From positions 1,600,001-1,664,000 of the forward strand of contig OY970364.1 of assembly GCA_963718565.1 (NCBI GenBank): 64,000 nucleotides of DNA. Direction: 5' to 3'. This stretch comes from an uncultured Verrucomicrobiae bacterium. Its GTDB lineage: Bacteria; Chlamydiota; Chlamydiia; Chlamydiales; Rhabdochlamydiaceae. Shown piece after piece: positions 50,397-60,606 of the stretch. The translations under genes and the position numbers were made by a program. The notes beneath the pieces were generated by a model. The model saw only the letters and a program-made list of their open reading frames with translations. It did not search any database and was not told the origin of the DNA. The stretch's first letter is position 1; each line of letters starts with the position of its first letter.

Positions 50397-52553
50397 ATGA
50401 ATACCGCGCTTCGCAAAGACAGTTTTACGAGCAATATCATTTTTCCACGACATTCCTTGGAGATGGAAAAGACGACCCATTTGATTAAGCCCGTCTATTC
50501 TTCCCGCGGGATCAGTCATCTCGAATTCGAGTCCTATATTACTTTCATCGAGCAAATTCTACGCACTGTACTTCCACAAGATCTGGTGATCACGCTATCG
50601 ACTTGCAAAGATCCTGTGCTCATTGAAAAAAGAGTTCTTGCTTTATGCGAAAGCTTGCCCCTTCTCGCTTGGAATAATCCGGATAGAGCACCTTGCACAC
50701 TTTGTGTCAGTCTGCTTTGCCATTCCGAATTCACTCACGGCGTTGGGCGATACTTTTGCGACATTTTATCACGATGGCTTGTCCCGGGGAAATTTCTCAA
50801 CATTAGCTCTGTCCGTTCTCTGAAATTTAATTTCATTTCCTGCCCAGGGCAGAATCTCTTTTTTAATCAAGTGCTTGTGGACATTGATAATGACCAACAA
50901 CTTGACTTGGTAAAAAATAATCAAGAAAACATTGAAAAAGAAATGCGATTAAGTATTCTCGCCATTCGCCATGCACGTCATGTCGTTTCTCTCAAACAAT
51001 TATCTCCAGAACAAAAAAAGGCGCTGATCGAAGAAAATATTGCTTCCGTACTTTCTCGTCCAGCCAGAACTCTCGAAAATAATGTCTTTGATCATATCCA
51101 AAATTTTTGGTTGCATATTAGCGCTGAAGATAAAATCAAGCAGCTTCAAGAACAATTTTCACCCTATGTCGAACAACGTCCAAAAATTTTTGACCGCGAT
51201 ATTTTCCAAGAAATTAAACATTCCCTACTTCTTTTTAGCGACAGATTTACAGGGATGCGCGATTTACGCCACGTTAGTCGTCTCATTTCTTACCAATATC
51301 TCTTTCGCAAAACACTGATGCGTGTGTGCATGGAATCCCCGGAAGAGCGCCACCTCAGCCTTAAGTTTATCAAGCTGACGCTTCCCTCTCAGACAAGCCA
51401 AAAAAACAATGTCCTTGGGATTGTGGGAGCGATGAATGTTTTGAGAGAAAATGAACTGTTTGAAGAGCGTCATATCCTGGAAGCCATCTCCTGCTGTCTT
51501 CCCCATATTCGCAAGATCGAGAACTCTGTTGTCCTTGACCGCCGCAACCTTGACCCCATTCGCGTTTTTTACTTAGAAATTGAGAAAAAAGATGGGACAG
51601 GATTCAGCTTAGATGAAATGAGAGAACTGAGGAAAAACCTTCCCCGCGAGCTTAAAGAAAGTGTTGAAAATATCTTGCACCCTGTTTTAATGCCTCGAAA
51701 TGAAGAAGAGATCATGCGCAACATCTTCTTGCTCAGCCAACAGTTAAAATATTTGAACGATCTTCCTCAAGTCATTATCTCATTCAATGCGCAAACAGAA
51801 CAGCAATTACAGTTTACCATCATCTTATTGCGGATTTTGCGTGATGATGATCCATCTTTAATAGACATTTTTTCCAAAACATCTACAGATTTGAAAATCG
51901 AAGATCTAGAAGTCAAAAAGGTCGGCCTTTTGCGAAAACGCTATCCCAAGGAGGCTAACGTCTTCAAAGTCTCCTTAGACAAAAAGCAATTCTTGCGCAA
52001 AGATTACACCATCGATTTATTTAAGGCGCGGCATTCTGTCTCTTTGGAGTTGAATAACATTTTTAAGGGAATCCGCGATTTCAATGGGGGCATTTTGTCT
52101 AAACAGCAAGAAGTTTTCCAGGAACTGCGCAGCCTGGTTAAGGAAACATCTTCTGATAACGATTTTCTACTCGAAAACTTTTTTTACTCCATCACTCCGC
52201 CACTCAGGCAAACATTGATCATCCCCAGCTCTTTAAAAACCTTATTTTCGCTGATGCAAGAAGCCTTGGAAGCAGATTATAAAAAGGAATCCTTCTTCTT
52301 GAAGGCACAATTTGAGCCTGAACAATTATTTGTGATGGTCGCTTCGCCTCTCCACTCAATAAAAGATGAGCTTTTTTCTCTGATGATCAAGCTCAAAATT
52401 CCTACTCAGGACCTCTCTTACACCCACACCAATGCCTATGGAATCACATGCATTGGTTACATTTACCAAAACCGCGACTCCAATATTCGCAATTTGTTCC
52501 ATTTTACTCTTTTAAGTTATCTTCAGGAATGGCAAGTAAGATGTGATACATAA
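50397..52553 (+). CDS. Hypothetical protein (718 aa)
   Basis: Long ORF; no motif recognised with confidence. Confidence 0.7.
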   Translation: MNTALRKDSFTSNIIFPRHSLEMEKTTHLIKPVYSSRGISHLEFESYITFIEQILRTVLPQDLVITLSTCKDPVLIEKRVLALCESLPLLAWNNPDRAPCTLCVSLLCHSEFTHGVGRYFCDILSRWLVPGKFLNISSVRSLKFNFISCPGQNLFFNQVLVDIDNDQQLDLVKNNQENIEKEMRLSILAIRHARHVVSLKQLSPEQKKALIEENIASVLSRPARTLENNVFDHIQNFWLHISAEDKIKQLQEQFSPYVEQRPKIFDRDIFQEIKHSLLLFSDRFTGMRDLRHVSRLISYQYLFRKTLMRVCMESPEERHLSLKFIKLTLPSQTSQKNNVLGIVGAMNVLRENELFEERHILEAISCCLPHIRKIENSVVLDRRNLDPIRVFYLEIEKKDGTGFSLDEMRELRKNLPRELKESVENILHPVLMPRNEEEIMRNIFLLSQQLKYLNDLPQVIISFNAQTEQQLQFTIILLRILRDDDPSLIDIFSKTSTDLKIEDLEVKKVGLLRKRYPKEANVFKVSLDKKQFLRKDYTIDLFKARHSVSLELNNIFKGIRDFNGGILSKQQEVFQELRSLVKETSSDNDFLLENFFYSITPPLRQTLIIPSSLKTLFSLMQEALEADYKKESFFLKAQFEPEQLFVMVASPLHSIKDELFSLMIKLKIPTQDLSYTHTNAYGITCIGYIYQNRDSNIRNLFHFTLLSYLQEWQVRCDT

Positions 52554-52556
52554 TGT

Positions 52557-54305
52557 ATGAAATCGCTCTTTTCCAAAGCATGGATGGAATTCCTTGAGGC
52601 TCGCACTTCCACTTCGGGGAAAAGCTCTCCCGCCGTCTTAGAAGATATCTTCTGTCATGCACTTGATCCTACAGATCTTGAATCTCTCGGCTTGCCACAA
52701 TATCTAGCCCCACCTTTAGGACGAGGCCTTCCCAAACGCTACTTGCAAACAGATCCATCGATCTGTGAGGTAAAAAACAGCTTTTCCGATGCTGCTTTAC
52801 TGCGCAAATTGCGGATAGCAAAAGCGATTTTTTTTCTTTACCAGCAACACAAGTTCCCCAAGAGATCACAAGTTGCCATCTTCACTTGGATCATTGCCGA
52901 TGGAGCAGGGGATTACTATGCAGAGCAGGAAGCTGCCCATGTTTTATTAGGTCCATTTCCAGACCTTTATCTCATTTCGATGCTGCACAAAGATGCAAAA
53001 GTTCCCCCGCTTCATCGAAAATGTCCCCATCATCTTCTTCGCTACAATGGAAAGCTCAATCACCCCATCATCTACGAGGCATTTTCCTCTGAACTTCTCG
53101 CTAAACTCTCTCACACAGATCTCATCCTTGAATTTCCTACCGCCTTTCCATGGATGGCGCAATTGTTGGAAACATTGCGTAAAAATCATCCCACTTTAAT
53201 TCACCAAAGAATCGGCGAGCACAGCTTGATCGACTCCCTTGACTTTGCTCCTTCCACAGGCGCTTATTGCATGGGACTCCATGCGCTTGAACTAGGAATT
53301 TTCAGTAAGAAAAATTCTTTTTGCAAAGATGCGATCCTTGGGCTGCAATATCAACCTCTTTTCCAACTTCTCTTCGCTGCGCGCACTCAAGAAGCGGTGG
53401 AAAACTATTTGCTTACGCATTCCTTTAACGTCAGCTATACAAAAACTTTTCGAGGAACCTATCTTTATCTCTACATGTTATGCAAAGGGTTGATCGACAA
53501 TCCCCAAGATATTGACATTTGCTTCTTTAATCTCGACCTTATGCTGAGAGTGCTCCGAGAACGCATCCAAAAAGAAGAACGTTATCCTTTATGGGAACAA
53601 TGCAAGATCGGAAAAGTGCTGATTTACACTCAAACTCATGTTGTACCTATCACCATTTCCAGCGCGCCAAAGACGCTTCGAATGATCCATTGTCCAGAAC
53701 TTGCTCAAGAGGATGTGCACAGGCTCTTTTGCTTTACTGAGCATCTCATCGGATGCACCGGCGACCAAACCCTGTGCGAAGCGATTTGTTCGGGAGTTCC
53801 TTTTTTTTACGATCCTCCCCCTTTCAAAAGAGCCATTCTCAAAGACCTTTTGTTTATAGCACAATCGCGCATGCCCCAATACCCTTTCCTGGAGAAACTG
53901 TTCACACTTCTTCTGAAAAATCCCCATGTCATGCTTGAAGAATCTGACGGAGAATGGGTTTCTGAAGATTATATCCAGTCGGAAAACGACCGCCTCTCCC
54001 TAGATGAAGGCAGCGATGAAAACATTGGAGACGCCCTTTCCTCTTTACTTACGGATCCCCGTTTCAAAGAAGGGTTCTTACAATTGCGCGAAATCATCCA
54101 GCACGAGCATTCTTTTGACCCCATGCTCGAAGGAATCATCAACCGCCTGCTTTTCCACAAGCACTTCCCTGCCTTGATGCACTGGGAGCAAGCTGCTTTA
54201 TCCGAGTGCGCACAGGGGAATCTTTCACCCCTCAATTTCTTAGCTCTTCTCAAGGAAAAATTACTCTATACTGGGCGCAGTATATTTTATGGGAGATTGT
54301 CGTAG
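52557..54305 (+). CDS. Hypothetical protein with GT-B glycosyltransferase-like motifs
   Basis: ADGAGD and GCTGDQTLCEAICSGVPF. Confidence 0.6.
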   Translation: MKSLFSKAWMEFLEARTSTSGKSSPAVLEDIFCHALDPTDLESLGLPQYLAPPLGRGLPKRYLQTDPSICEVKNSFSDAALLRKLRIAKAIFFLYQQHKFPKRSQVAIFTWIIADGAGDYYAEQEAAHVLLGPFPDLYLISMLHKDAKVPPLHRKCPHHLLRYNGKLNHPIIYEAFSSELLAKLSHTDLILEFPTAFPWMAQLLETLRKNHPTLIHQRIGEHSLIDSLDFAPSTGAYCMGLHALELGIFSKKNSFCKDAILGLQYQPLFQLLFAARTQEAVENYLLTHSFNVSYTKTFRGTYLYLYMLCKGLIDNPQDIDICFFNLDLMLRVLRERIQKEERYPLWEQCKIGKVLIYTQTHVVPITISSAPKTLRMIHCPELAQEDVHRLFCFTEHLIGCTGDQTLCEAICSGVPFFYDPPPFKRAILKDLLFIAQSRMPQYPFLEKLFTLLLKNPHVMLEESDGEWVSEDYIQSENDRLSLDEGSDENIGDALSSLLTDPRFKEGFLQLREIIQHEHSFDPMLEGIINRLLFHKHFPALMHWEQAALSECAQGNLSPLNFLALLKEKLLYTGRSIFYGRLS

Positions 54306-55442
54306 AGACGACACTTCAAATAGTTCCTAATTGCCTGAGCTTTTTCAGCAAACGTAGAACTTTGCCCATATTGGTCGTAAAAAGCATGTTCTCCGCATCC
54401 CCAATAATCATTGGCGAAAGTTTTGATCTTATATAGTTCTCCGTAGATTGCATTTCTTTTCGCTTCTGGCATCTTTGAAAATAGCTCAAGAGCTTCCCGA
54501 GTGGTATCCAAAATCCCTCTTTCAAACAAACTCGCTCTTTCTAACAACCCAGCAATCCTTTCAAACATCGTGCTGTAAGGTACTGCAAAGTTAAAGACCC
54601 TGATGATACTATCATTAGTAGTACCAAAAAAAACTTCTCCACCAGCAACAGCAACGTAGGGAGTCGAGTTTGCACGCCCATAAAAATCGGCGATGCATTC
54701 ATACTCATAAAGAGCGATGCAGTCATTTGTTTGTGTATCCCGGACATTGATGAAGGCGTAAGAAGCCACCAAATAGCTTGAAAAGAGCTTCTCGCGAAAA
54801 AGAGCAAAGGAATGAAAGCCGTCTCCTCCCTCACAAATAGTGATGAGGCATTGATGTGTTTGCGTATTCCAGACCTTGACTGTGTTATCAAAAGAGCTAG
54901 AAAAGAGTTTCTTCTCCTTGTCAATAACAGCAAGGCAGGAAACCGAGTTTTGATGCCCATTAAGAGTGGCGAGGCATTGATGTTTTCGTATATCCCAGGG
55001 CCTGATTGTGTTATCCTCAGAATTTGAAAATTGATGTTTTTGTGTATCCCAGACATTGATTGTGTGATCCTCAGAGCCTGAATAGAGTGTCCATCCATCA
55101 GCAGTAGTAGCGAGGCAGAGAACTGAGCGTTGATGTCCAACAAGAATGGCGAAGCATTGATGTGTTCGTGTATTCCAGACCCTGATTGTTTTATGCTCAG
55201 AACCTGAATAGAGTGTCCCTCCATCAGCAGTAGTAGTGATGCAGCGAACTGCGAGTTGATGTCCATCGAGAGTGGTGATGTATTTATTTGTTCGCATATC
55301 CCAGACCTTGATTTCGCCATTCTGAGAACCTGAAAAGAGTTTCTTGCCCTTACCATCAGCAGCAAGGCAGCAAACTCCATGCGCATCAAGAGCGGCCATA
55401 CATTGATTTGTTTGTATGTCACAGTGGGGTGTAATCTTTCTT

Positions 55443-56861
55443 TCAGAAATTCACAACATTACCAGTAAAAAATCCAGTATGATCCAGTCCCCCATTATCT
55501 AGAGGCAGCTGCCCTCGTTTTTTCTTCCGTTTCCTAAAAGGATTAAAGAGCTGACGCCTTTGCGAATAAATTGTCTCGCCAATATTCATTGCGGCCCACG
55601 CTTTCACTTGTTTTTTGTTACAGGTTCCTAGTGCTGCTTGAACAGTTTCTAAGTCTAACTTTCCCAGACAGGCGGCCAATGACAGCACAAAAGGGGTAAA
55701 TCCGTCCTTTGAGTCTTCATCCATCAATTGCTTTAACTTACCAAAACTAGACTCAATAATTTCTGTGCTACCTAAAGCCACTTGATCGAGGTCTTTTGTC
55801 TGATCAATCACGAAATCAAGGATACTGCCTGCAAACTGATCAGCACGGACCCCTACTTGCAGGTTCTGTAGCTCTTTTTCCAACTCCTCTGCAGTTTTGT
55901 TGTGGAGGTGTTCTGTTCGAATTTTTTGTCTTACGATTCTCCCAATGAGCAACATCTCGGATATTTCCTTGATCATAGGCTCACTGGATCTGACCCATCC
56001 AAATTGCTCAAGCAATTCCCTCAAGTCCGCCTCGCTCTTTTCGACCTCACAATTCTTCTGTTCTATTTTTTTCTGATGTTCATTTTCCATTTTTTTGAGG
56101 TGATCTAGAATTTTATTTGCCCAGCCGGTTAGTTCGTCAAGATTCATATATCTAGCTTTACTCCTCTGACTCGGAGGGCATAGTGCTGCCCATTTCGTCC
56201 ATTGGAGTTTCTGCTTCATCTGAGAGGCTTTCGACGCAAATTCTGTCCATTCAAGTTCCGCAGCTTCCACCCCCAACAAGTTGGCTATTTTGTGAGCAAT
56301 ATCATTCATTACGGGAATTTTTCTGCCTTCGGCTTCTTGGACGCTCTGCGTATACAATCTGGTTGCAGATACAATATCCGATCCTTGATCATGACAAAAT
56401 TGTCTGTATTGACCTACTGTCTCTTCACTTTTCTTGAGAATCTCATAGATGATTGGGCCACTTGTTTTTTCCAAAACCTCCAGGTGCAGAACGTGTACGT
56501 CTTCAAATGTCAATGCCTTAGCTTTCAAAAAAGTCGTAGCCCGTACGCCCAGAATCAAAAGACATTTTTTTGAGCCAATCTGAATAGATAAATCGATCAT
56601 CCCAATCCAATCATTTGATTTCTGAATTGAGGTCAGCTTGTAATAACCCACCTGCAAGATCCAATCGCGAATCGCAGTATGAGAGGGCATTTTGCATTGT
56701 AGCCAAAAATAACAGCGAATGAACGCCTCTCTGGCTCCGCGAAGGCTTAGTCCTCCTGAAAGAATCAATAGGAGCGATATCAGGATAACAGTTGCCGAAT
56801 AGCGCCGACGAGGGATTTTTTTGTCTTGTTCCCCCGGGAGGCTTGTTGCTGCATCTGCCAT
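55443..56861 (-). CDS. IS OrfB, putative DDE transposase catalytic part
   Basis: GMID, CHDQGSD, DIAH and STEIIESSFG; lies between the TIRs. Confidence 0.8.
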   Translation of the reverse strand: MADAATSLPGEQDKKIPRRRYSATVILISLLLILSGGLSLRGAREAFIRCYFWLQCKMPSHTAIRDWILQVGYYKLTSIQKSNDWIGMIDLSIQIGSKKCLLILGVRATTFLKAKALTFEDVHVLHLEVLEKTSGPIIYEILKKSEETVGQYRQFCHDQGSDIVSATRLYTQSVQEAEGRKIPVMNDIAHKIANLLGVEAAELEWTEFASKASQMKQKLQWTKWAALCPPSQRSKARYMNLDELTGWANKILDHLKKMENEHQKKIEQKNCEVEKSEADLRELLEQFGWVRSSEPMIKEISEMLLIGRIVRQKIRTEHLHNKTAEELEKELQNLQVGVRADQFAGSILDFVIDQTKDLDQVALGSTEIIESSFGKLKQLMDEDSKDGFTPFVLSLAACLGKLDLETVQAALGTCNKKQVKAWAAMNIGETIYSQRRQLFNPFRKRKKKRGQLPLDNGGLDHTGFFTGNVVNF

Positions 56862-57157
56862 TTTTTTTTAAGTTCTTCGAACTCTTTAGCATGGGTAACA
56901 GCCTCTTGTTCGCGTAATTTTCTTTCTGCCTCGATCAAAGCCTCTTTTTCTGCGATTTCATTTTTTAAGGCTTTATTTTCTTGAGTTTTTTCTTCACACT
57001 TCTTTTTCCACTGGGCTCTACTGTGCTCAAGATCTAATGCTTTACCCTCTAGTGCCTTAATTTTTTCTGCTTTCTCGCGATTTCTCGCTTTGAATTCATC
57101 GCGACTCTCGCAAAGACGATGGCTTCGCTTACGCCAATCTCGTGATGGAACATTCAT
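56780..57157 (-). CDS. IS OrfA, coiled-coil protein overlapping OrfB at an A9 run
   Basis: GGAGAG SD; charged heptad pattern; OrfB lies in the -1 frame. Confidence 0.75.
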   Translation of the reverse strand: MNVPSRDWRKRSHRLCESRDEFKARNREKAEKIKALEGKALDLEHSRAQWKKKCEEKTQENKALKNEIAEKEALIEAERKLREQEAVTHAKEFEELKKKWQMQQQASRGNKTKKSLVGAIRQLLS

Positions 57158-58223
57158 AGAGCTGCTCTCCTAAAATTAAGACGAGCCATTTTGCATGATT
57201 GTTTTAACAGAGTCAAAAAAATTTCCTTAGAAGAGAATTTTCAATATCCCCCTACAAAGTATTGCATCAATAAAGCCCGATACATCGAGAGCGGCTCTTC
57301 CTGAGCCGATCTCGATGTATCGGAACAGCGCCGTAGGACGCTGGGAATATAACTGGGATGAGTCAGAGGGTTTAATATCAGAGGGGGGATGTTACCGTTT
57401 CTTGCCGGAATTGTTGCTCAGAGAAAATTTCAAATATGGATCAAAGTTTACACCCCAATGTCACAGACCTTGATTGTGTGATCTGAAAGGCCTAAAAAGA
57501 ATCTCTCGTCAGTAGCGGCAAAGCAGGTAATTGAGTTTTTATTAGTTGAGTTTTCACGCTCTTGAAGCATATAAAAATCATACACTCCATGTCTAAGATT
57601 TGAATCAAAACTTTGAAGGGCCTGATGAGCTTGGTAAGCCTCCTGAAAGTCTTTGTCTTTAATAGCATTTGGGTCCACATTTGAAAAATCCCTTTTAAAC
57701 AGTACGCACCAAAGATACTTATCGTTTAGCATCAGGTTCCACTGCCTGCAGACCAATTTACACGTTCCAATTTTCAGTGCAGAAAAGTCTTTAAAAAATT
57801 GAAAGAATATCTCGAAGGGCACCCTTAAGGCTGGATCTGAGGATGCCACTAGAGCTGGAGCAGCCTGCGATATCGCAACGATAAAGTTTGAATCATTTTT
57901 TGAACAATTTATAGATGGGGTCATAATTTAAATCTCTAATTAAAGTTTTTTATTTTAAATTTATAAATTACTGTTTTTTGAAAAAATCAAATTTTTCAAA
58001 CATAATTGTATTGTAAATAAAAATTAGATTCAATATCTATTTTAATATGTTAGTAGGAAATAATCAGGCAAAGTCTGCATGTTAAATAAAATATTTACTT
58101 AACAAAAAAAAGAGGAACCCCGCATTCTTCTTATTCATTCCTCTTTACACAACAAAATTAAACTGTTGTTGTCATTCGTTTTTATCTGTCAATACACTAT
58201 AATGGCTTGCTCAAACTACACGG

Positions 58224-59639
58224 ATGATTATGGATCTTAAAGTTCTCAATAACCCAACTCCAATCTCCTCTTCTCCGCAGAACAATCTCATTGAAGATCA
58301 TCCAAATGAGCCTCTCCACAAACAGCCTTTTGTATCAGCAATTCTTTATCTCAGAGAAATGCTTAAAGGATTATTCGTCACCCTTTATGAAACTCAAGAA
58401 AGTTCTGAGACAAGCAGTAATAGCAGTCTATTTAATTCGAGCGATCCCTCTTTGATTTCTACAAACACCTTTCGTTTCGGCGTTTTTTTAAAGGAGCTTG
58501 AGCGACTCAAAGAAGAAGGTCTCTTCTTGTCCACAATCAAAGAACGACGCGATGAAATTGAAAAGCAAAAAGAACATTGGCGCCCCTACATTGAAGAGCA
58601 AAAAAAAGGGGAAACCCAAGATTTTTATTCTGCAATCGACACCATGATCATCCAAGGGAAATTGATTCCTAATCCTTCCGGCTGCGGGAGCGCTTATTTC
58701 CTCGCCGATGGCGCTGGAATTCCTCGTTATGTGGTTAAACCTGTCGATGAAGATATTTTTTGTTTAAATAACCGCAAAGAGTTTGGTTCTATCTTTAATG
58801 ATTTCGAACATCGTGCGCGCGATGGGATTCCTTTATACCGATCGGCCCAGACGGATGCTTTCTGCTCAGAAATCGCCTCATTATCAGGCTTGGGGGGAAC
58901 AACCCCAAAAGCTGTGATGGGCATTGTCAAAGACGATGGGCTTTATGATTTCACCACTTGGATCGACGGGAAAAATAGAGAAAAATTTACCGAACAAACA
59001 GGCTTTCCCGATCGAGAAAAACTCGCATCGATCCAAGAATATATTCCTAATTCTCAAGATTTAATCGAACTGCTCCACGCGTTTTATAAAGAAGGTCTGT
59101 CCGACGAAGAAATCTCTTCGCGTTTTGATCAGAAAGACTTTGAAGAAGTCTGTATGTTCTTGTGGCTCTCTTACGATAACGATGGCCATGGAGGCAATTT
59201 CCTCACCTTTGTCAAAAGAACCGATGAGAATGGGAAAAAAATTTACGGGATCAAAAAAATCGATAATGGGCTTTCCTTTCCCGAAAAAAATACTCAATAT
59301 ACCAATATTTTAGCATGGATTCCCAACGCAATTCAGCCAATTTCACCAAAGCTCAAACAAAAAATCGCTCAGCTCCCCATGGAACCGATTTTAAACCGCA
59401 TGGACGATTATGAACTTTTCAGCTGTAAGGATGCTTTCAAAGAACGCGTGGAAATTATCAAAGAACTCGCTCAAAGGGAGGGGATAACGATTGGTGAAAT
59501 CGATCTTCGCTTGACTTTTCTATCCTACAATGGAGGAAAAACGCTCGCCTTAAGTCCCATGACGACCCAAGAAATCCTCGATTTGCTACTGACGAAAACT
59601 GCGACTGAATCGACGGCAGGACTAGATGAAGCAGTTTAA
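58224..59639 (+). CDS. PI3/PI4-kinase-like protein (type II PI4K-like), putative effector
   Basis: SGCGSAYF, VVKPVDE, DGHGGNFL and IDNGLSFP; Ser-rich N-terminus. Confidence 0.75.
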   Translation: MIMDLKVLNNPTPISSSPQNNLIEDHPNEPLHKQPFVSAILYLREMLKGLFVTLYETQESSETSSNSSLFNSSDPSLISTNTFRFGVFLKELERLKEEGLFLSTIKERRDEIEKQKEHWRPYIEEQKKGETQDFYSAIDTMIIQGKLIPNPSGCGSAYFLADGAGIPRYVVKPVDEDIFCLNNRKEFGSIFNDFEHRARDGIPLYRSAQTDAFCSEIASLSGLGGTTPKAVMGIVKDDGLYDFTTWIDGKNREKFTEQTGFPDREKLASIQEYIPNSQDLIELLHAFYKEGLSDEEISSRFDQKDFEEVCMFLWLSYDNDGHGGNFLTFVKRTDENGKKIYGIKKIDNGLSFPEKNTQYTNILAWIPNAIQPISPKLKQKIAQLPMEPILNRMDDYELFSCKDAFKERVEIIKELAQREGITIGEIDLRLTFLSYNGGKTLALSPMTTQEILDLLLTKTATESTAGLDEAV

Positions 59640-59961
59640 AACAATGTTTTCTTTTTTGATCATCCTGAGCATTCTTGGGATGGTTTTTATTAATCTACCT
59701 TCTCATGAGGAACAAGGAATGAAATTAATCAACATAAAATCCGGATTTGTCGTTGCTGAATATAAAGGGGAAAAAACAATTATCCATGATCGCTCCCTCG
59801 AAAAAGAAATGACGATCAGAGGAGTGATCATTCCCCCTGCATTGCGATCTGAGTACGGAGGGAAAGCCTCTGTGCGATTGAGCGATAAAGAATTCCAAAA
59901 AGCCTTTAAGGAGCTCTATTCAGAACAAGCTCTGAATCCCAAAAGTTATCATTGGGAATAG
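59626..59961 (+). CDS. Small membrane-anchored hypothetical protein
   Basis: N-terminal hydrophobic helix; overlaps the kinase stop. Confidence 0.65.
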   Translation: MKQFKTMFSFLIILSILGMVFINLPSHEEQGMKLINIKSGFVVAEYKGEKTIIHDRSLEKEMTIRGVIIPPALRSEYGGKASVRLSDKEFQKAFKELYSEQALNPKSYHWE

Positions 59962-60603
59962 TTATATCCGCTTGCTACTGGCAAGAAGATGCATGACTTC
60001 TTCATCAGATGTTTGCTCGAATACTCTGTAAAATGCTCCAACAGCTTCAAAGAAGACAGGTGAGGAGAGGCAGACAACCTCATCAACCTCTTTTTGAATC
60101 TTGCGTAGAGAATCCGGTGCGGCTACGGGAACAGCTAAAACGATCTTTTTAGCCCCCGCATCGCGAACAGATTGAATAGCGACAAGCATACTCGCACCGG
60201 TAGCGATGCCATCATCGACCAAAATGATCGTTTTACCCTTTAAGCTAGGAGTTGGCGTATTTCCGCGATACCGATCCAGACGGATTTTAAGAATCTTCTT
60301 TTGGCGTTCGACTTCTTGTTTCAAATAGTCTGACGAGACATCGAAAATGCCGATGAGATGTTCGTTGAAAACTCCTTGGCCATGTTCAGCGATGGCTCCT
60401 ATGGCTAGCTCTTCATTGCCGGGCGCGCCAATCTTGCGAACAACAACGACGTTCAGTAGCACATTGAGGCCAGAGGCAACTTCATAAGCAGTGACTACCC
60501 CTCCTCTTGCAAGACCTAAAACAATGATATCTTTTTGATCTTTATATTTGTCCAAGTGCGGGACAAGTTGCTTTCCTGCATCACGTCGATCTTTAAAAAG
60601 CAT
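59962..60603 (-). CDS. Phosphoribosyltransferase-family protein
   Basis: FKDRRDAG, LARGG and LVDDGIATGAS. Confidence 0.9.
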   Translation of the reverse strand: MLFKDRRDAGKQLVPHLDKYKDQKDIIVLGLARGGVVTAYEVASGLNVLLNVVVVRKIGAPGNEELAIGAIAEHGQGVFNEHLIGIFDVSSDYLKQEVERQKKILKIRLDRYRGNTPTPSLKGKTIILVDDGIATGASMLVAIQSVRDAGAKKIVLAVPVAAPDSLRKIQKEVDEVVCLSSPVFFEAVGAFYRVFEQTSDEEVMHLLASSKRI

Positions 60604-60606
60604 GAA

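Larger units (their letters stand above)
55425..57457 (-). mobile_element. Complete unclassified two-ORF DDE insertion sequence (2033 bp)
   Basis: TIR TGGGGTGTAA(T/A)CTTT; 9-bp TSD ATGTCACAG at 55416-55424 and 57458-57466. Confidence 0.92.
54287..57924 (-). pseudogene. F-box/WD40-repeat gene (531 aa when rejoined) split by an IS
   Basis: 57924-57458 plus 55415-54287 join in frame as ...IKVCDI-QTNQCMAALDAH... Confidence 0.9.

Noticed and set aside
54541..55422. 293-aa alternative-frame ORF over the WD40 gene
   Set aside because: Shadow frame kept open by repetitive WD40 DNA; no independent start signal.
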